Shown here: in pieces, positions 46,205-55,500 of the stretch
How the letters are laid out: each line of letters starts with the position of its first letter
Position numbering within the stretch: the stretch's first letter is position 1
NCBI GenBank assembly: GCA_964563385.1
Contig: CAZLVV010000002.1
Span: 154-64,153 of the forward strand
Direction: 5' to 3'
DNA length: 64,000 nt
From: an uncultured Gammaproteobacteria bacterium
GTDB lineage: Bacteria > Patescibacteriota > Patescibacteriia > 2-12-FULL-60-25
Program-made: the position numbers and the translations under genes
Notes under the pieces: model-generated
The model's input: only the letters and a program-made list of their open reading frames with translations
Told to the model about the DNA's origin: nothing
The model's database searches: none

Positions 46205-47632
46205 TTATTCATTAATTATATCCATAATTTCTTTAATTTTTTTATTCTTCAATTGATCTGTTGTCGCTTCCAAATTAAGCCGAATAAGCGGTTCAGTATT
46301 AGATTTCCGTAAATTAAACCACCACGCTTCATCATCTTTAGAATCTCCAAATTCCAAACGTTTTCCATCAATATCTACAATCTTGGTAGCTTTGCTTTCA
46401 TATTCGTTAATAACTTTATTAATCAATCCATCTTTATCTTTTACTTCAAAATTCATCTCTCCTGAATGAAAATATTTCCGCAAGCTTTTCCAATAATCAC
46501 TTAAATTTTTAAACGGATTGATTAACTCTTTCAGTAAAACCAACATCGCATAATCTCCACACTCCATATTCCAAAACTCCCTAAAATAATAATGCATAGA
46601 AAGCTCGCCCGCAAAAACCGCATCAACCTCCTTCATTTGATTTTTTATATTTGCATGACCCACTTTTGATAAAACAGACTCCCCTCCAGCATTCTCAATA
46701 GCATCTTTCACGGACCAAGAAGATCTTACATCATTTAACACTTTGCCTGATCCAAATTTAGCCAATTCTATTCTCGCAAAGATAGCAGTCACAATATCGC
46801 CAGGAATTTGCTCGCCTTTCTCGTCCACAAAACCAATTCTATCCGCATCGCCATCAAAAGCGATTCCCATAACAGCGCCTATTTCCACAACTTTTTTCTT
46901 CAAAGCGTCTAGCGTTTCTTCTTTAATTGGATTGGCCTCATGATTTGGAAAATTGCCATCAGGTTCAAAATACAAACGCGTAACTTTTAACCACGGTAAT
47001 TTTTCAAGCAATTTTGGCAAAACAAACCCTGCCATGCCATTTCCCGCATCAATCACAATTTTCATTTCTGGCATTTGATTTGATAATTCCGCTTTCTCAA
47101 TCACATAATCAACATATTTCTCAAGCGCTTTAGTATCTTCAACAAGTTTCCCCGTTTGCAATATTTGATCTTTAACAATCAATGTTTCACGCTGATCATT
47201 AGATATTAATTGTTCATTATTTAATTCATTAAAATTATCTCTAATTTTCTCAAGTCCGGACCCCAATCCAAGCGGAAGCATTTTTCCTGTTATAAACTTA
47301 AACCCATTATATTTTCCAGGATTATGACTAGCGGTAATCATAATTCCCAAATCAAACTCCCCTTCTGCCATTCCCATTAAAATATTAAACATTGGAGTTG
47401 AACATTGCCCGATTCTCACAATATCAACTCCATTTTGGATCAATGACATTATAAGCGCATCCTCCAATTCCGATGATGTCAATCTCATATCCTTGCCAAT
47501 CATAACTTTTTTTGGGTTTAGAGTTTTGATAACAGCCAAACCCAATTTTTCCGCAAAATTAGCGTTTATTACAGCCGGCGACTCTCCACGTATGTCATAT
47601 GATTTAAAAACCGAAAAAATATCCTCTTGCAT
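46205..47632 (-). CDS. alpha-D-phosphohexomutase (phosphoglucomutase/phosphomannomutase family)
   Basis: 475 aa. Active-site loop ITASHNPGKYNGFK, metal loop FDGDADR, sugar loop GELSMHYYF. Confidence 0.85.
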   Translation of the reverse strand: MQEDIFSVFKSYDIRGESPAVINANFAEKLGLAVIKTLNPKKVMIGKDMRLTSSELEDALIMSLIQNGVDIVRIGQCSTPMFNILMGMAEGEFDLGIMITASHNPGKYNGFKFITGKMLPLGLGSGLEKIRDNFNELNNEQLISNDQRETLIVKDQILQTGKLVEDTKALEKYVDYVIEKAELSNQMPEMKIVIDAGNGMAGFVLPKLLEKLPWLKVTRLYFEPDGNFPNHEANPIKEETLDALKKKVVEIGAVMGIAFDGDADRIGFVDEKGEQIPGDIVTAIFARIELAKFGSGKVLNDVRSSWSVKDAIENAGGESVLSKVGHANIKNQMKEVDAVFAGELSMHYYFREFWNMECGDYAMLVLLKELINPFKNLSDYWKSLRKYFHSGEMNFEVKDKDGLINKVINEYESKATKIVDIDGKRLEFGDSKDDEAWWFNLRKSNTEPLIRLNLEATTDQLKNKKIKEIMDIINE

Positions 47633-47777
47633 ATATTTATATTATTGACCAAACGCGACAATTCGTCTACACTAAGCGTATAATTTAATTAACAAAAAGC
47701 AAAAATTAAAATAATAAAAATCAATTTCGCTTTCTTTGTTATTTATTAGTTTAATAATTATTATTTAATATATAAAT

Positions 47778-48353
47778 ATGACAATTTTTTGGATACTTCT
47801 CATCGCTATCATAGTTATTGGCGCTTGGCTCATTGCGGTTTATAACGGTCTTATTAAAGCCAAAAACCGCACCGAAGAAGCTTTTTCGGATATTGACGTT
47901 CAATTAAAGCGTCGTCATGATCTTATTCCCAATTTAGTAAACACAGTAAAAGGTTATGCTTCGCACGAAGCCTCTGTTTTTACTCAAGTTACCGAAGCTC
48001 GCGCAAATGCCGTACAAGCAAAAACCATTGAAGAAAAAATCAATACCGAAAATCAACTAATGGGAACTTTAAAAACCCTTTTTGCTGTTGCTGAAAATTA
48101 TCCAGAACTCAAAGCTAATCAAAATTTTTTGCATTTACAACAAGAATTAGCTGATACAGAAAACAAAGTTCAAGCTTCACGACGTTTTTACAATGGCAAT
48201 GTTCGTGACTTCAATATCAAACTGCAAGTTTTCCCAACCAATATCATAGCTGGCATGCTCGGATTTAAAGCCTATAAGTTCTTCGAAGCCGAAGAAGAGG
48301 CTAAAGCTGTGCCAATTGTTGATTTCAGCAACAAACCAGCTGATAACAACTAA
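47778..48353 (+). CDS. lemA: LemA family membrane protein
   Basis: 191 aa. N-terminal TM then YNGLIKAKNRTEEAFSDIDVQLKRRHDLIPNLV..., typical of LemA. Confidence 0.85.
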   Translation: MTIFWILLIAIIVIGAWLIAVYNGLIKAKNRTEEAFSDIDVQLKRRHDLIPNLVNTVKGYASHEASVFTQVTEARANAVQAKTIEEKINTENQLMGTLKTLFAVAENYPELKANQNFLHLQQELADTENKVQASRRFYNGNVRDFNIKLQVFPTNIIAGMLGFKAYKFFEAEEEAKAVPIVDFSNKPADNN

Positions 48354-48365
48354 CTTCCAATCTTC

Positions 48366-48394
48366 AAAGTTCCGAACCTAACGTTCGGAACTTT
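48366..48394 (+). terminator. 12-bp hairpin after lemA (possible terminator)
   Basis: AAAGTTCCGAAC-CTAAC-GTTCGGAACTTT lies 12 nt after the stop. There is no clean T-tract. Confidence 0.45.
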
Positions 48395-48467
48395 CGGCTT
48401 ATTGCTAAATAAAATATTTTTTTAAAACAACAAACAAACACTTGAAAGCTGATAAGATTTTATAAAT

Positions 48468-49358
48468 ATGTATAACCAAATTGATTCCAACAAAAGAAAA
48501 ACCATATTTCTCATCGCTTCGTTTATTGTATTTTTAGCACTAGTGGGTTATTTATATGGTTATATCAATGGATATGGTTACACGGGGTTAATTTTGGCAT
48601 TAATTATTTCTACTGTCTGGACTCTTATTTCTTGGTATGCCGGTTCTGCGATTACTTTAGCAACTTTAGGCGCTCACGAATTAAAAGATAAATCTCAATT
48701 TCCAACTCTTTGGAATACCGTGGAAAATCTTTCTATTACCGCCGGTATTCCCATGCCACGAATCTTTATTGTTAACGACACCTCTCCTAATGCCTTTGCT
48801 ACGGGCCGAGACCCTCAACATGCCAGTGTCGCTGTTACAACGGGCTTACTGCAAATACTTAACAAAACAGAGCTCGAAGGAGTGCTCGCGCATGAATTGG
48901 CGCATATAAAAAATTATGATACTCGCATCATGGTTTTTATTGGTGTTTTAGTAGGCGCAATAGTCATGCTAGGTGATTGGATGTTCCGCTCTTCATTATT
49001 ACGAAGCAATGATCGCAAAAACGGCCATCCCGCAATAATGATTATCGGGCTCTTATTCATAATTTTATCACCCATAATCGCAGAGCTTATCAAATTGGCT
49101 ATTTCTCGTAGTCGCGAATACATGGCCGACGCATCAGGAGCTTTATTAACCCGCTATCCCGAAGGATTGGCTTCGGCCTTAGAAAAAATTCGCGATAACG
49201 CCACCCCCATGCGCCAACAATCTCAAGCCACAAATCATCTTTGGATTTCTGACCCTAAAGCCAAAAAATTATCCGAAAAAATATCCGGCTTTTTTGCTAC
49301 CCATCCTCCAATCAACGACCGTATCAACAAACTTCGAGGGATGCTCAACAATCCATAA
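48468..49358 (+). CDS. htpX: HtpX-type M48 membrane zinc protease
   Basis: 296 aa. Four TM segments and HELAHIKNYD (HExxH). C-terminal FATHPPINDRI. Confidence 0.88.
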   Translation: MYNQIDSNKRKTIFLIASFIVFLALVGYLYGYINGYGYTGLILALIISTVWTLISWYAGSAITLATLGAHELKDKSQFPTLWNTVENLSITAGIPMPRIFIVNDTSPNAFATGRDPQHASVAVTTGLLQILNKTELEGVLAHELAHIKNYDTRIMVFIGVLVGAIVMLGDWMFRSSLLRSNDRKNGHPAIMIIGLLFIILSPIIAELIKLAISRSREYMADASGALLTRYPEGLASALEKIRDNATPMRQQSQATNHLWISDPKAKKLSEKISGFFATHPPINDRINKLRGMLNNP

Positions 49359-49456
49359 CAAAAAACTTACAATATACAATATTCGTAATATTCATTTTAT
49401 TCTCCTAATTCAAACCACTTCATTAAAAATAAAAGCAAATTATTTTTGATATAAGT

Positions 49457-51949
49457 ATGTCACCCAACGATTTAATCAACCGCTTTACCACCCATCTTAA
49501 AGAAGCTTTGCAAAAAGCTTTGAGTTTCGCTGTATCCAATGGCAGAGCAGTGGTGGAGCCAGGAGATATTATCGTTGGTCTTTTAAATGAAAAAGGGGCT
49601 TTGGGAGGTGAAATATTGAATAAAGCAGGTTGTACTGTAACAGTAGCTTCAGAATTTTTCCGTGGTACTCCGGCTAATAAAAAATCATTAATAGCGCTTG
49701 ATCTTAGCGATCCGGTTAAAAAAATCATCGAAAAATGCGTGGTTATAGCACACTTGCACGGACATAAATTCGTGGGAACAGAGCATCTGGTTGCGGCCTT
49801 GATTGAATCCGAAGACAAAAAAGTTCTGGAGTTTTTTAAACAACAAAAAGTTAATTTAACTACATTAAAAAACCAAATCGAAGCAATTTTAAAATCCGAA
49901 TCCAATTTTCCAGAATTAAATCAAATAAGCAACCAAACTTTAAATGAAGATTTTCTTCCATCCATTTTACCAGAAGATGATTTATTAACTCCAACTTTTC
50001 CGCAACAAACAAATCGTCAATCATCATCTTCAGCGCTAGACTCATTCGCGCGAGACATAACTCATAAAGATATTGTTTTTTCTTTGGATCCGGTGATCGG
50101 TAGAAATACAGAAATTAACCGCATTATCGAAATTCTAATCCGCAGGACTAAATCCAACCCGATTCTACTAGGAGATCCTGGCGTTGGAAAAACAGCAATT
50201 GTCGAAGGTCTTGCCAAAAGAATAGCCGATGGGGATGTGCCGGATGCTTTGTATGGACACAAAATCCTTAGTTTGGATTTAGCTTCCACGGTGGCCGGAA
50301 CAATGTATCGCGGTGAATTCGAAGCTCGACTCAAACAAATTGTTGAAGAAGCAAGCAAAAATCCTCATATCATTTTATTTATTGATGAAATACATAATAT
50401 TGTTGGAGCAGGTTCCACATCCGGATCTTTAGACGCAGCCAACATTTTGAAACCAGCTTTAGCACGAGGCTTCATTCGCTGTATTGGCGCCACTACTTGG
50501 TCCGAATATAAAAAACACATAGAACCAGACTCGGCCTTAGAACGTCGTTTTCAACCCATAGTCATCAATGAACCCGATAAATTTGCAACACTTGAAATGC
50601 TTAAGGGTCTAGAAGAACGTTACGCTAAACATCATAAAGTAATTTATGCGCCACAAACTTTAGTCGCAGCCGTGGATTTTGCTGAACGCTTCTTAACGGA
50701 TCGTCTTTTTCCAGATAAAGCTGTAGATTTACTAGATGAAGCCGCCGCTTCGGTTGCCGCTCGTCGCCAATCCCGTGAATTTCGCGAACGTTTAGCGGTT
50801 TTAGATGCGGCTATTCAAGAAAAAATTCATGCTTCTGAAGAAAGTTTACGCAATCAAGACCTCACGCGCGCCGAAGCGTTAACACGTGAAGCTGAAAAAT
50901 TAATTGCCAATCGCAATCAAATGGAAAATGAAAAAAATCAATCATTGCAAAAAGAACGTCCACGAATCTTGCCCGAAGACGTGGCTCGTGTCGTTGCGCG
51001 CATATCCAACGTGCCCTTAGAAATGATCTTAGCTTCCGAACGTGAACGACTCAATGGCCTAGAAGAACGTTTGCGTCACCAAATTTACGGCCAAGATCAA
51101 GCTATTCAAGCCGTTTCGGATGTTATCCGCCGAGCTCGCCTTGGCCTGCAGGATAATAGACGTCCTAAAGCTTCAATGCTTTTTGTTGGTCCTTCAGGTA
51201 CAGGCAAAACCGAACTCGCTCGCTCCATTGCCCGTGAAATTTTTGCCAACGAAGACGCTTTAATTAAACTTGATATGAGTGAATTCGCAGAGCCACATAC
51301 CATTTCCAAATTAATCGGATCCCCGGCCGGTTATGTTGGCTATCGTGAAAGCGCTAAACTCACAGACGCTATTCGCAAGCGCCCACACGCTGTTGTTTGT
51401 TTTGATGAAATTGAGAAAGCGCACCCAGATGTTCAACACACACTTTTACAAATCTTGGAAGACGGTAAAATAACTGACGCCACTGGGCGCACAATCTCTT
51501 TTGCGCATTCTTACATAATCTTGACTTCCAATGCCGGTTCCGAACATGTGGATAAAAAATCAATCGGCTTTGGCAATGAACGCATTGCCATTTCCGCAAT
51601 TTTAAATGAACAAGTAAAAGAACATTTCAAGCCCGAACTATTAAATCGCCTTGATCGCATAATCACCTTCCAATCTTTAGATATTTCACATTTAAGAAAT
51701 ATTTTAGATTCAGAAATCACTCAAGTTTGCGCTCGTTTACAAAACATGCAAAAAGTAACTTGCGAAATTCCTGAAAGCGTTCGCGAATGGCTAATATCAC
51801 GACCCCTCCCTTCTGAACAAGGCGCCCGAGCCATTCGCCATTTAGTTGAACGTGAAATAACTTCTGTCATCTCTCAACACTTAATCAATCGCCGTAACAA
51901 ACGTCTAATACGTTTCACAACACAAAATGGCAAAATAATGGTAAAATGA
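49457..51949 (+). CDS. clpC: Clp/Hsp100 AAA+ ATPase, ClpC-type
   Basis: 830 aa. Clp_N repeats, two Walker A sites (GDPGVGKT, GPSGTGKT), a short middle domain (about 70 aa) and a KKSIGFG (IGF-type ClpP loop). Confidence 0.88.
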   Translation: MSPNDLINRFTTHLKEALQKALSFAVSNGRAVVEPGDIIVGLLNEKGALGGEILNKAGCTVTVASEFFRGTPANKKSLIALDLSDPVKKIIEKCVVIAHLHGHKFVGTEHLVAALIESEDKKVLEFFKQQKVNLTTLKNQIEAILKSESNFPELNQISNQTLNEDFLPSILPEDDLLTPTFPQQTNRQSSSSALDSFARDITHKDIVFSLDPVIGRNTEINRIIEILIRRTKSNPILLGDPGVGKTAIVEGLAKRIADGDVPDALYGHKILSLDLASTVAGTMYRGEFEARLKQIVEEASKNPHIILFIDEIHNIVGAGSTSGSLDAANILKPALARGFIRCIGATTWSEYKKHIEPDSALERRFQPIVINEPDKFATLEMLKGLEERYAKHHKVIYAPQTLVAAVDFAERFLTDRLFPDKAVDLLDEAAASVAARRQSREFRERLAVLDAAIQEKIHASEESLRNQDLTRAEALTREAEKLIANRNQMENEKNQSLQKERPRILPEDVARVVARISNVPLEMILASERERLNGLEERLRHQIYGQDQAIQAVSDVIRRARLGLQDNRRPKASMLFVGPSGTGKTELARSIAREIFANEDALIKLDMSEFAEPHTISKLIGSPAGYVGYRESAKLTDAIRKRPHAVVCFDEIEKAHPDVQHTLLQILEDGKITDATGRTISFAHSYIILTSNAGSEHVDKKSIGFGNERIAISAILNEQVKEHFKPELLNRLDRIITFQSLDISHLRNILDSEITQVCARLQNMQKVTCEIPESVREWLISRPLPSEQGARAIRHLVEREITSVISQHLINRRNKRLIRFTTQNGKIMVK

Positions 51950-52029
51950 TAACTGACCAAAAAGTTATACAATTTATGGTTAGTTATTAGTGGCTGATGA
52001 TTAATAAGCCATAACGTATATTATTAATT

Positions 52030-53496
52030 ATGCCACAAGGAGGAACAGCCAAAAAAACACAGCCTAATACGAGCGACAATAATCGCCCTTCTTCGAATAC
52101 GGCTAATAATAAACCAACCTCAACTCCTCCTGACACTTCGGAAATTGATGAAAATTGGGATACTCCGGCGACCTCAACTCCTCCTGACACTTCGGAAATT
52201 GATGAAAATTGGGATACTCCGGCAACCTCAACTCCTCCAGATACATCGGAAATTGATGAAAATTGGGATACCCCGGCAACCTCAACTCCTCCTGACACTT
52301 CGGAAATTGATGAAAATTGGGATACCCCGGCTAATGACAATTCTTTAACGCGTCAATCCAAGCGATTAAAGTATCCACCCGATACCCCAACCGAAAAAAG
52401 AACACCTCAAAAACCTCCCAGTAACAAAATTCTTCGCAAAACTGAACCATCAACACCAAAGATCACGCCTCGCTTAACCGGAGCCGGCTCTGCCTTGCCT
52501 ATCAGTAAAAAATCTAAAAAAAGTCCATCTCGTTCCGTTGGACCTCAAGCTATTGTAAGGCTGGTAAGCCCCATACAAATGGCTTCACGTTTACAAGCAA
52601 ATCAACAACGCGCTCGTTTAGATAATGCTCCGGGTACAGGTCCAACGCGCGAAGAAATGTTGGCCGATGCAGGCGCCGGAGGCGATCCTATTCTGCCCGG
52701 TCAATTTGATCCATTAAAAAGTCAAAGCGCTTTTGGACGTGAAGCTCAAGCTCCAGGATCCATGTCAACACCCACTAAATCAGAAACAGATGAACGCGGA
52801 GGAGGTCCTGTCATGTCTGATTTAGAACGTCAACGCGCAATGCAACTTAGTCAAGAAAAAATGGCAGCCACCGCCAGCGCAACCGGAGTTGCTGACGCAA
52901 AACAAACCGACTCCAAAGCCGAATCACCAGCTACTGTCACTTCCAGCGCAGAAACAACATCTCCATCAACCAAAGTCCCTGAACAAACAGAAGAAGAAAT
53001 CGAACAAACAACCGAAGAACAAACACCAACTGACGAAAAATCACCCAAAAAACCATCTTCAGATATTCAAACAGCGCAAAACATAGCTTCGGCCATGCAC
53101 ATGGAAAAAACCGCTAAAGCTTTAGGCGCGGCTAAAGCCATAGAAGGCAATATAGAAGCTGCACGCAAAATGCAACAATCAGCACGATCTTTTTGGAATA
53201 TTCTTAAAGCCGGTGAATTGGTGTCCAGTGTTACAATTTTTTCTTTGATAGTTTTAATAATTACAGCCAACATTCAAATGATCAATAAATATACTTTTAA
53301 AACTCGCATCATACCCTCAACATATCTCATTGAAGATGCTATCATCGTCTGCGCCGATTGCGCTTTATGCGGAGCCTCTTGTATATCCATATTCACATCG
53401 ACTGGTTTTATAATACCGATTATCGGATCCCTTCTCTGGTTAGCCGGAGTGTTAGGTTTAGATTATTTTGATATTATAGATTTAGGAATTTTATAA
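52030..53496 (+). CDS. membrane protein with long disordered Pro/Thr/Ser-rich N-terminal region carrying 4 x 18-aa tandem repeats
   Basis: 488 aa. Repeat TSTPPDTSEIDENWDTPA x4. C-terminal hydrophobic helices (VTIFSLIVLIITANI; IIPIIGSLLWLAGVLGL) with a Cys cluster CADCALCGASC. Confidence 0.7.
   Translation: MPQGGTAKKTQPNTSDNNRPSSNTANNKPTSTPPDTSEIDENWDTPATSTPPDTSEIDENWDTPATSTPPDTSEIDENWDTPATSTPPDTSEIDENWDTPANDNSLTRQSKRLKYPPDTPTEKRTPQKPPSNKILRKTEPSTPKITPRLTGAGSALPISKKSKKSPSRSVGPQAIVRLVSPIQMASRLQANQQRARLDNAPGTGPTREEMLADAGAGGDPILPGQFDPLKSQSAFGREAQAPGSMSTPTKSETDERGGGPVMSDLERQRAMQLSQEKMAATASATGVADAKQTDSKAESPATVTSSAETTSPSTKVPEQTEEEIEQTTEEQTPTDEKSPKKPSSDIQTAQNIASAMHMEKTAKALGAAKAIEGNIEAARKMQQSARSFWNILKAGELVSSVTIFSLIVLIITANIQMINKYTFKTRIIPSTYLIEDAIIVCADCALCGASCISIFTSTGFIIPIIGSLLWLAGVLGLDYFDIIDLGIL
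52117..52332 (+). repeat. 4 x 54-bp near-perfect in-frame tandem repeat
   Basis: Unit ACCTCAACTCCTCCTGACACTTCGGAAATTGATGAAAATTGGGATACTCCGGCG starts at 52117, 52171, 52225 and 52279, with only a few substitutions. Confidence 0.95.
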
Positions 53497-53556
53497 AAAA
53501 TTGATCAACCGCAGTCAAACCTATATAATAATAATAAACCAACCTCGCTTATTTAT

Positions 53557-54783
53557 ATGATCTCCATAACCGAAACTCAAAAAAAAATCTTATTTATTAT
53601 CTTTTTTGTAACTTTTACGATAGGCACCGGTTATGCTTTATATTATTTCTTTTTCAAACCTCTGCCTTCGCCCACTCTCGATACCGAAGAGACTCCACCT
53701 GCTTACACCGGCGCTCTCACACTTTCCGGCGAAAGAACTGCCGAACAACCTTTTATTCCTTCGCAACCCACAGGCCTTCCTGTTGCGGATCAGGTATCAA
53801 GTCAAATCACAGAAACCGCAACTACTGATGTTTTACGATCAAAAGTCACTCAATCTTTAAGTTTATCAAAAAATGGCCTGCCTCGTTATTACGATCCGCT
53901 TGATGGTCGTTTTTATCAACTGACTCCCGACGGAAAAGAACAAAAACTTTCCAATCGTCAATTTTTAAACGTCGAAACCATAAATTGGTCCAATATCAGC
54001 AATCAAGTTATTTTAGAATTCCCAGACGGAAGTAACATTTATTACAATTTCGATGAAGATCGCCAAGTCACTTTACCATCTCATTGGGAAGATTTTGCTT
54101 TTTCTCCTATTGAAGATAAAATTGTAGCTAAAAGTATTGGCCTAGATGAACGTAATCGCTTTTTAGTGGTGTCTGATGCTAACGGTAACGAAGCCACAGC
54201 CCTATATGAGCTCGGTTCCAATGCCGACAGAGTAATTCCCAGTTGGTCGCCAAATAACAGAGTTGTAGGGTTTTCAAAAACCGGAGATCCTTTGCCAGAT
54301 GACGGTGAAGAGATTCTTCTTTTGGGCAAAAATCACGAATCTTACAGACCTCTAAAAGTTGCCGGCAAGGGCTTTTTACCATCTTGGTCGCCAACTGGTA
54401 AACAATTGCTTTACAGTATTTATCACGCGCGTGATAACTATAAACCCATGCTTTGGATTTCTGATGCTTCAGGCGCTGAAATAGGACGAAATCGCCGTCA
54501 ATTAAATATCAATACATGGGCCGACAAATGTGTTTGGGATGATGAACAAACAATCTATTGCGGAGTTCCGATAGCCCTTCCAGATGGCGCTGGCTGGGAT
54601 CGTAATCTTGTGTCTTCAGTATCAGATAATATTTATCGTATAGATTTAAAAACCGGCACAGCAAAAAAAATCAATCAAACTCCTTTAACTCGTCCTATTA
54701 ATAACCCTCAATTAAACTCCGAACAAAACCAAATAATTTACACCGATACCATAACCGGACACTTGTATAAATTTGACCTTTAA
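53557..54783 (+). CDS. membrane-anchored beta-propeller protein with PD40/TolB-like repeats
   Basis: 408 aa. N-terminal TM. Repeated xPSWSPxxxxxxF/Y motifs (IPSWSPNNRVVGFS, LPSWSPTGKQLLYS) typical of WD40-like PD40 blades. Confidence 0.7.
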   Translation: MISITETQKKILFIIFFVTFTIGTGYALYYFFFKPLPSPTLDTEETPPAYTGALTLSGERTAEQPFIPSQPTGLPVADQVSSQITETATTDVLRSKVTQSLSLSKNGLPRYYDPLDGRFYQLTPDGKEQKLSNRQFLNVETINWSNISNQVILEFPDGSNIYYNFDEDRQVTLPSHWEDFAFSPIEDKIVAKSIGLDERNRFLVVSDANGNEATALYELGSNADRVIPSWSPNNRVVGFSKTGDPLPDDGEEILLLGKNHESYRPLKVAGKGFLPSWSPTGKQLLYSIYHARDNYKPMLWISDASGAEIGRNRRQLNINTWADKCVWDDEQTIYCGVPIALPDGAGWDRNLVSSVSDNIYRIDLKTGTAKKINQTPLTRPINNPQLNSEQNQIIYTDTITGHLYKFDL

Positions 54784-54786
54784 ACT

Positions 54787-55500
54787 ATGCAACTACATTT
54801 AAACGCGCAAAAAACAGCAATATTGATCATCATTTTTGCCATAGTTATTTTTATCGGTTCAGCCGGATATAAATGGTATAAAATTTCAACGAGCACATAC
54901 ATAGCCGGAGCTCCTCCAATTGATCTGGTTAATGAAATACCTCCAAAATCAGTACCTTATGATCAAATTAAACCGCGCGCTTTAACTCCTTACGACGCTT
55001 TCATTATCGGATCAGTCACCTCTTCTTATGGATTGATATTTTACGGAGATTATACGAACCTCGCATCAAATGCCTTGCTAGTTGAGCTTGTTTCTAAATT
55101 ATTGCCTTACGAAGATCTAGTTCGTTTAAATTGGCATTATCTCCCCGAAACAACCAAAGATGGCGACATGGGTTTTGAATCTGCTATAGCTTCTGAATGT
55201 TCACGTTTATTAGAGCAAAATTGGCCCTTGCACGAAGCACTGCTTAAAGAATCCGGCAAAAAACTTAGTCGTTCACGCTTAAAACAAATAATTGAAGAAT
55301 TTAGCGCTGACCCTGAAATGATTCACGTTTGTCAAAATAATTCCGTAATTCGTGAAAGCGTTAAAACAGCGATTCAAATAGCCAAAGGCGATGGCATTGA
55401 CAAAGCCCCTTTTGTTTTTGTGGGCACCGAAGCCATACCCGCATCCGAAGCCAATATTGAAAAAATCATCAATGCTCTTAGAGACTATATTAAAAATTAA
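54787..55500 (+). CDS. membrane-anchored hypothetical protein (possible DsbA-like thioredoxin fold lacking CxxC)
   Basis: 237 aa. N-terminal TM. At the place where DsbA/BdbD proteins carry FxDxxCPxC it reads FYGDYTNLASN. The C-terminal GIDKAPFVFVG resembles the cis-Pro loop. Fold assignment is tentative. Confidence 0.6.
   Translation: MQLHLNAQKTAILIIIFAIVIFIGSAGYKWYKISTSTYIAGAPPIDLVNEIPPKSVPYDQIKPRALTPYDAFIIGSVTSSYGLIFYGDYTNLASNALLVELVSKLLPYEDLVRLNWHYLPETTKDGDMGFESAIASECSRLLEQNWPLHEALLKESGKKLSRSRLKQIIEEFSADPEMIHVCQNNSVIRESVKTAIQIAKGDGIDKAPFVFVGTEAIPASEANIEKIINALRDYIKN

Noticed and set aside
49423-49905. 160-aa minus-strand ORF overlapping the 5' end of clpC
   Set aside because: The plus-strand frame encodes clear Clp_N repeats. 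The minus ORF has no recognisable features and overlaps almost completely.
51987-52340. 117-aa minus-strand ORF with repeats (VSQFSSISEVSGGVEVAG)
   Set aside because: It is the antisense reading of the 4 x 54-bp tandem repeat. It stays open only because the repeat lacks stops in that frame. The plus-strand frame continues into a 488-aa membrane protein.
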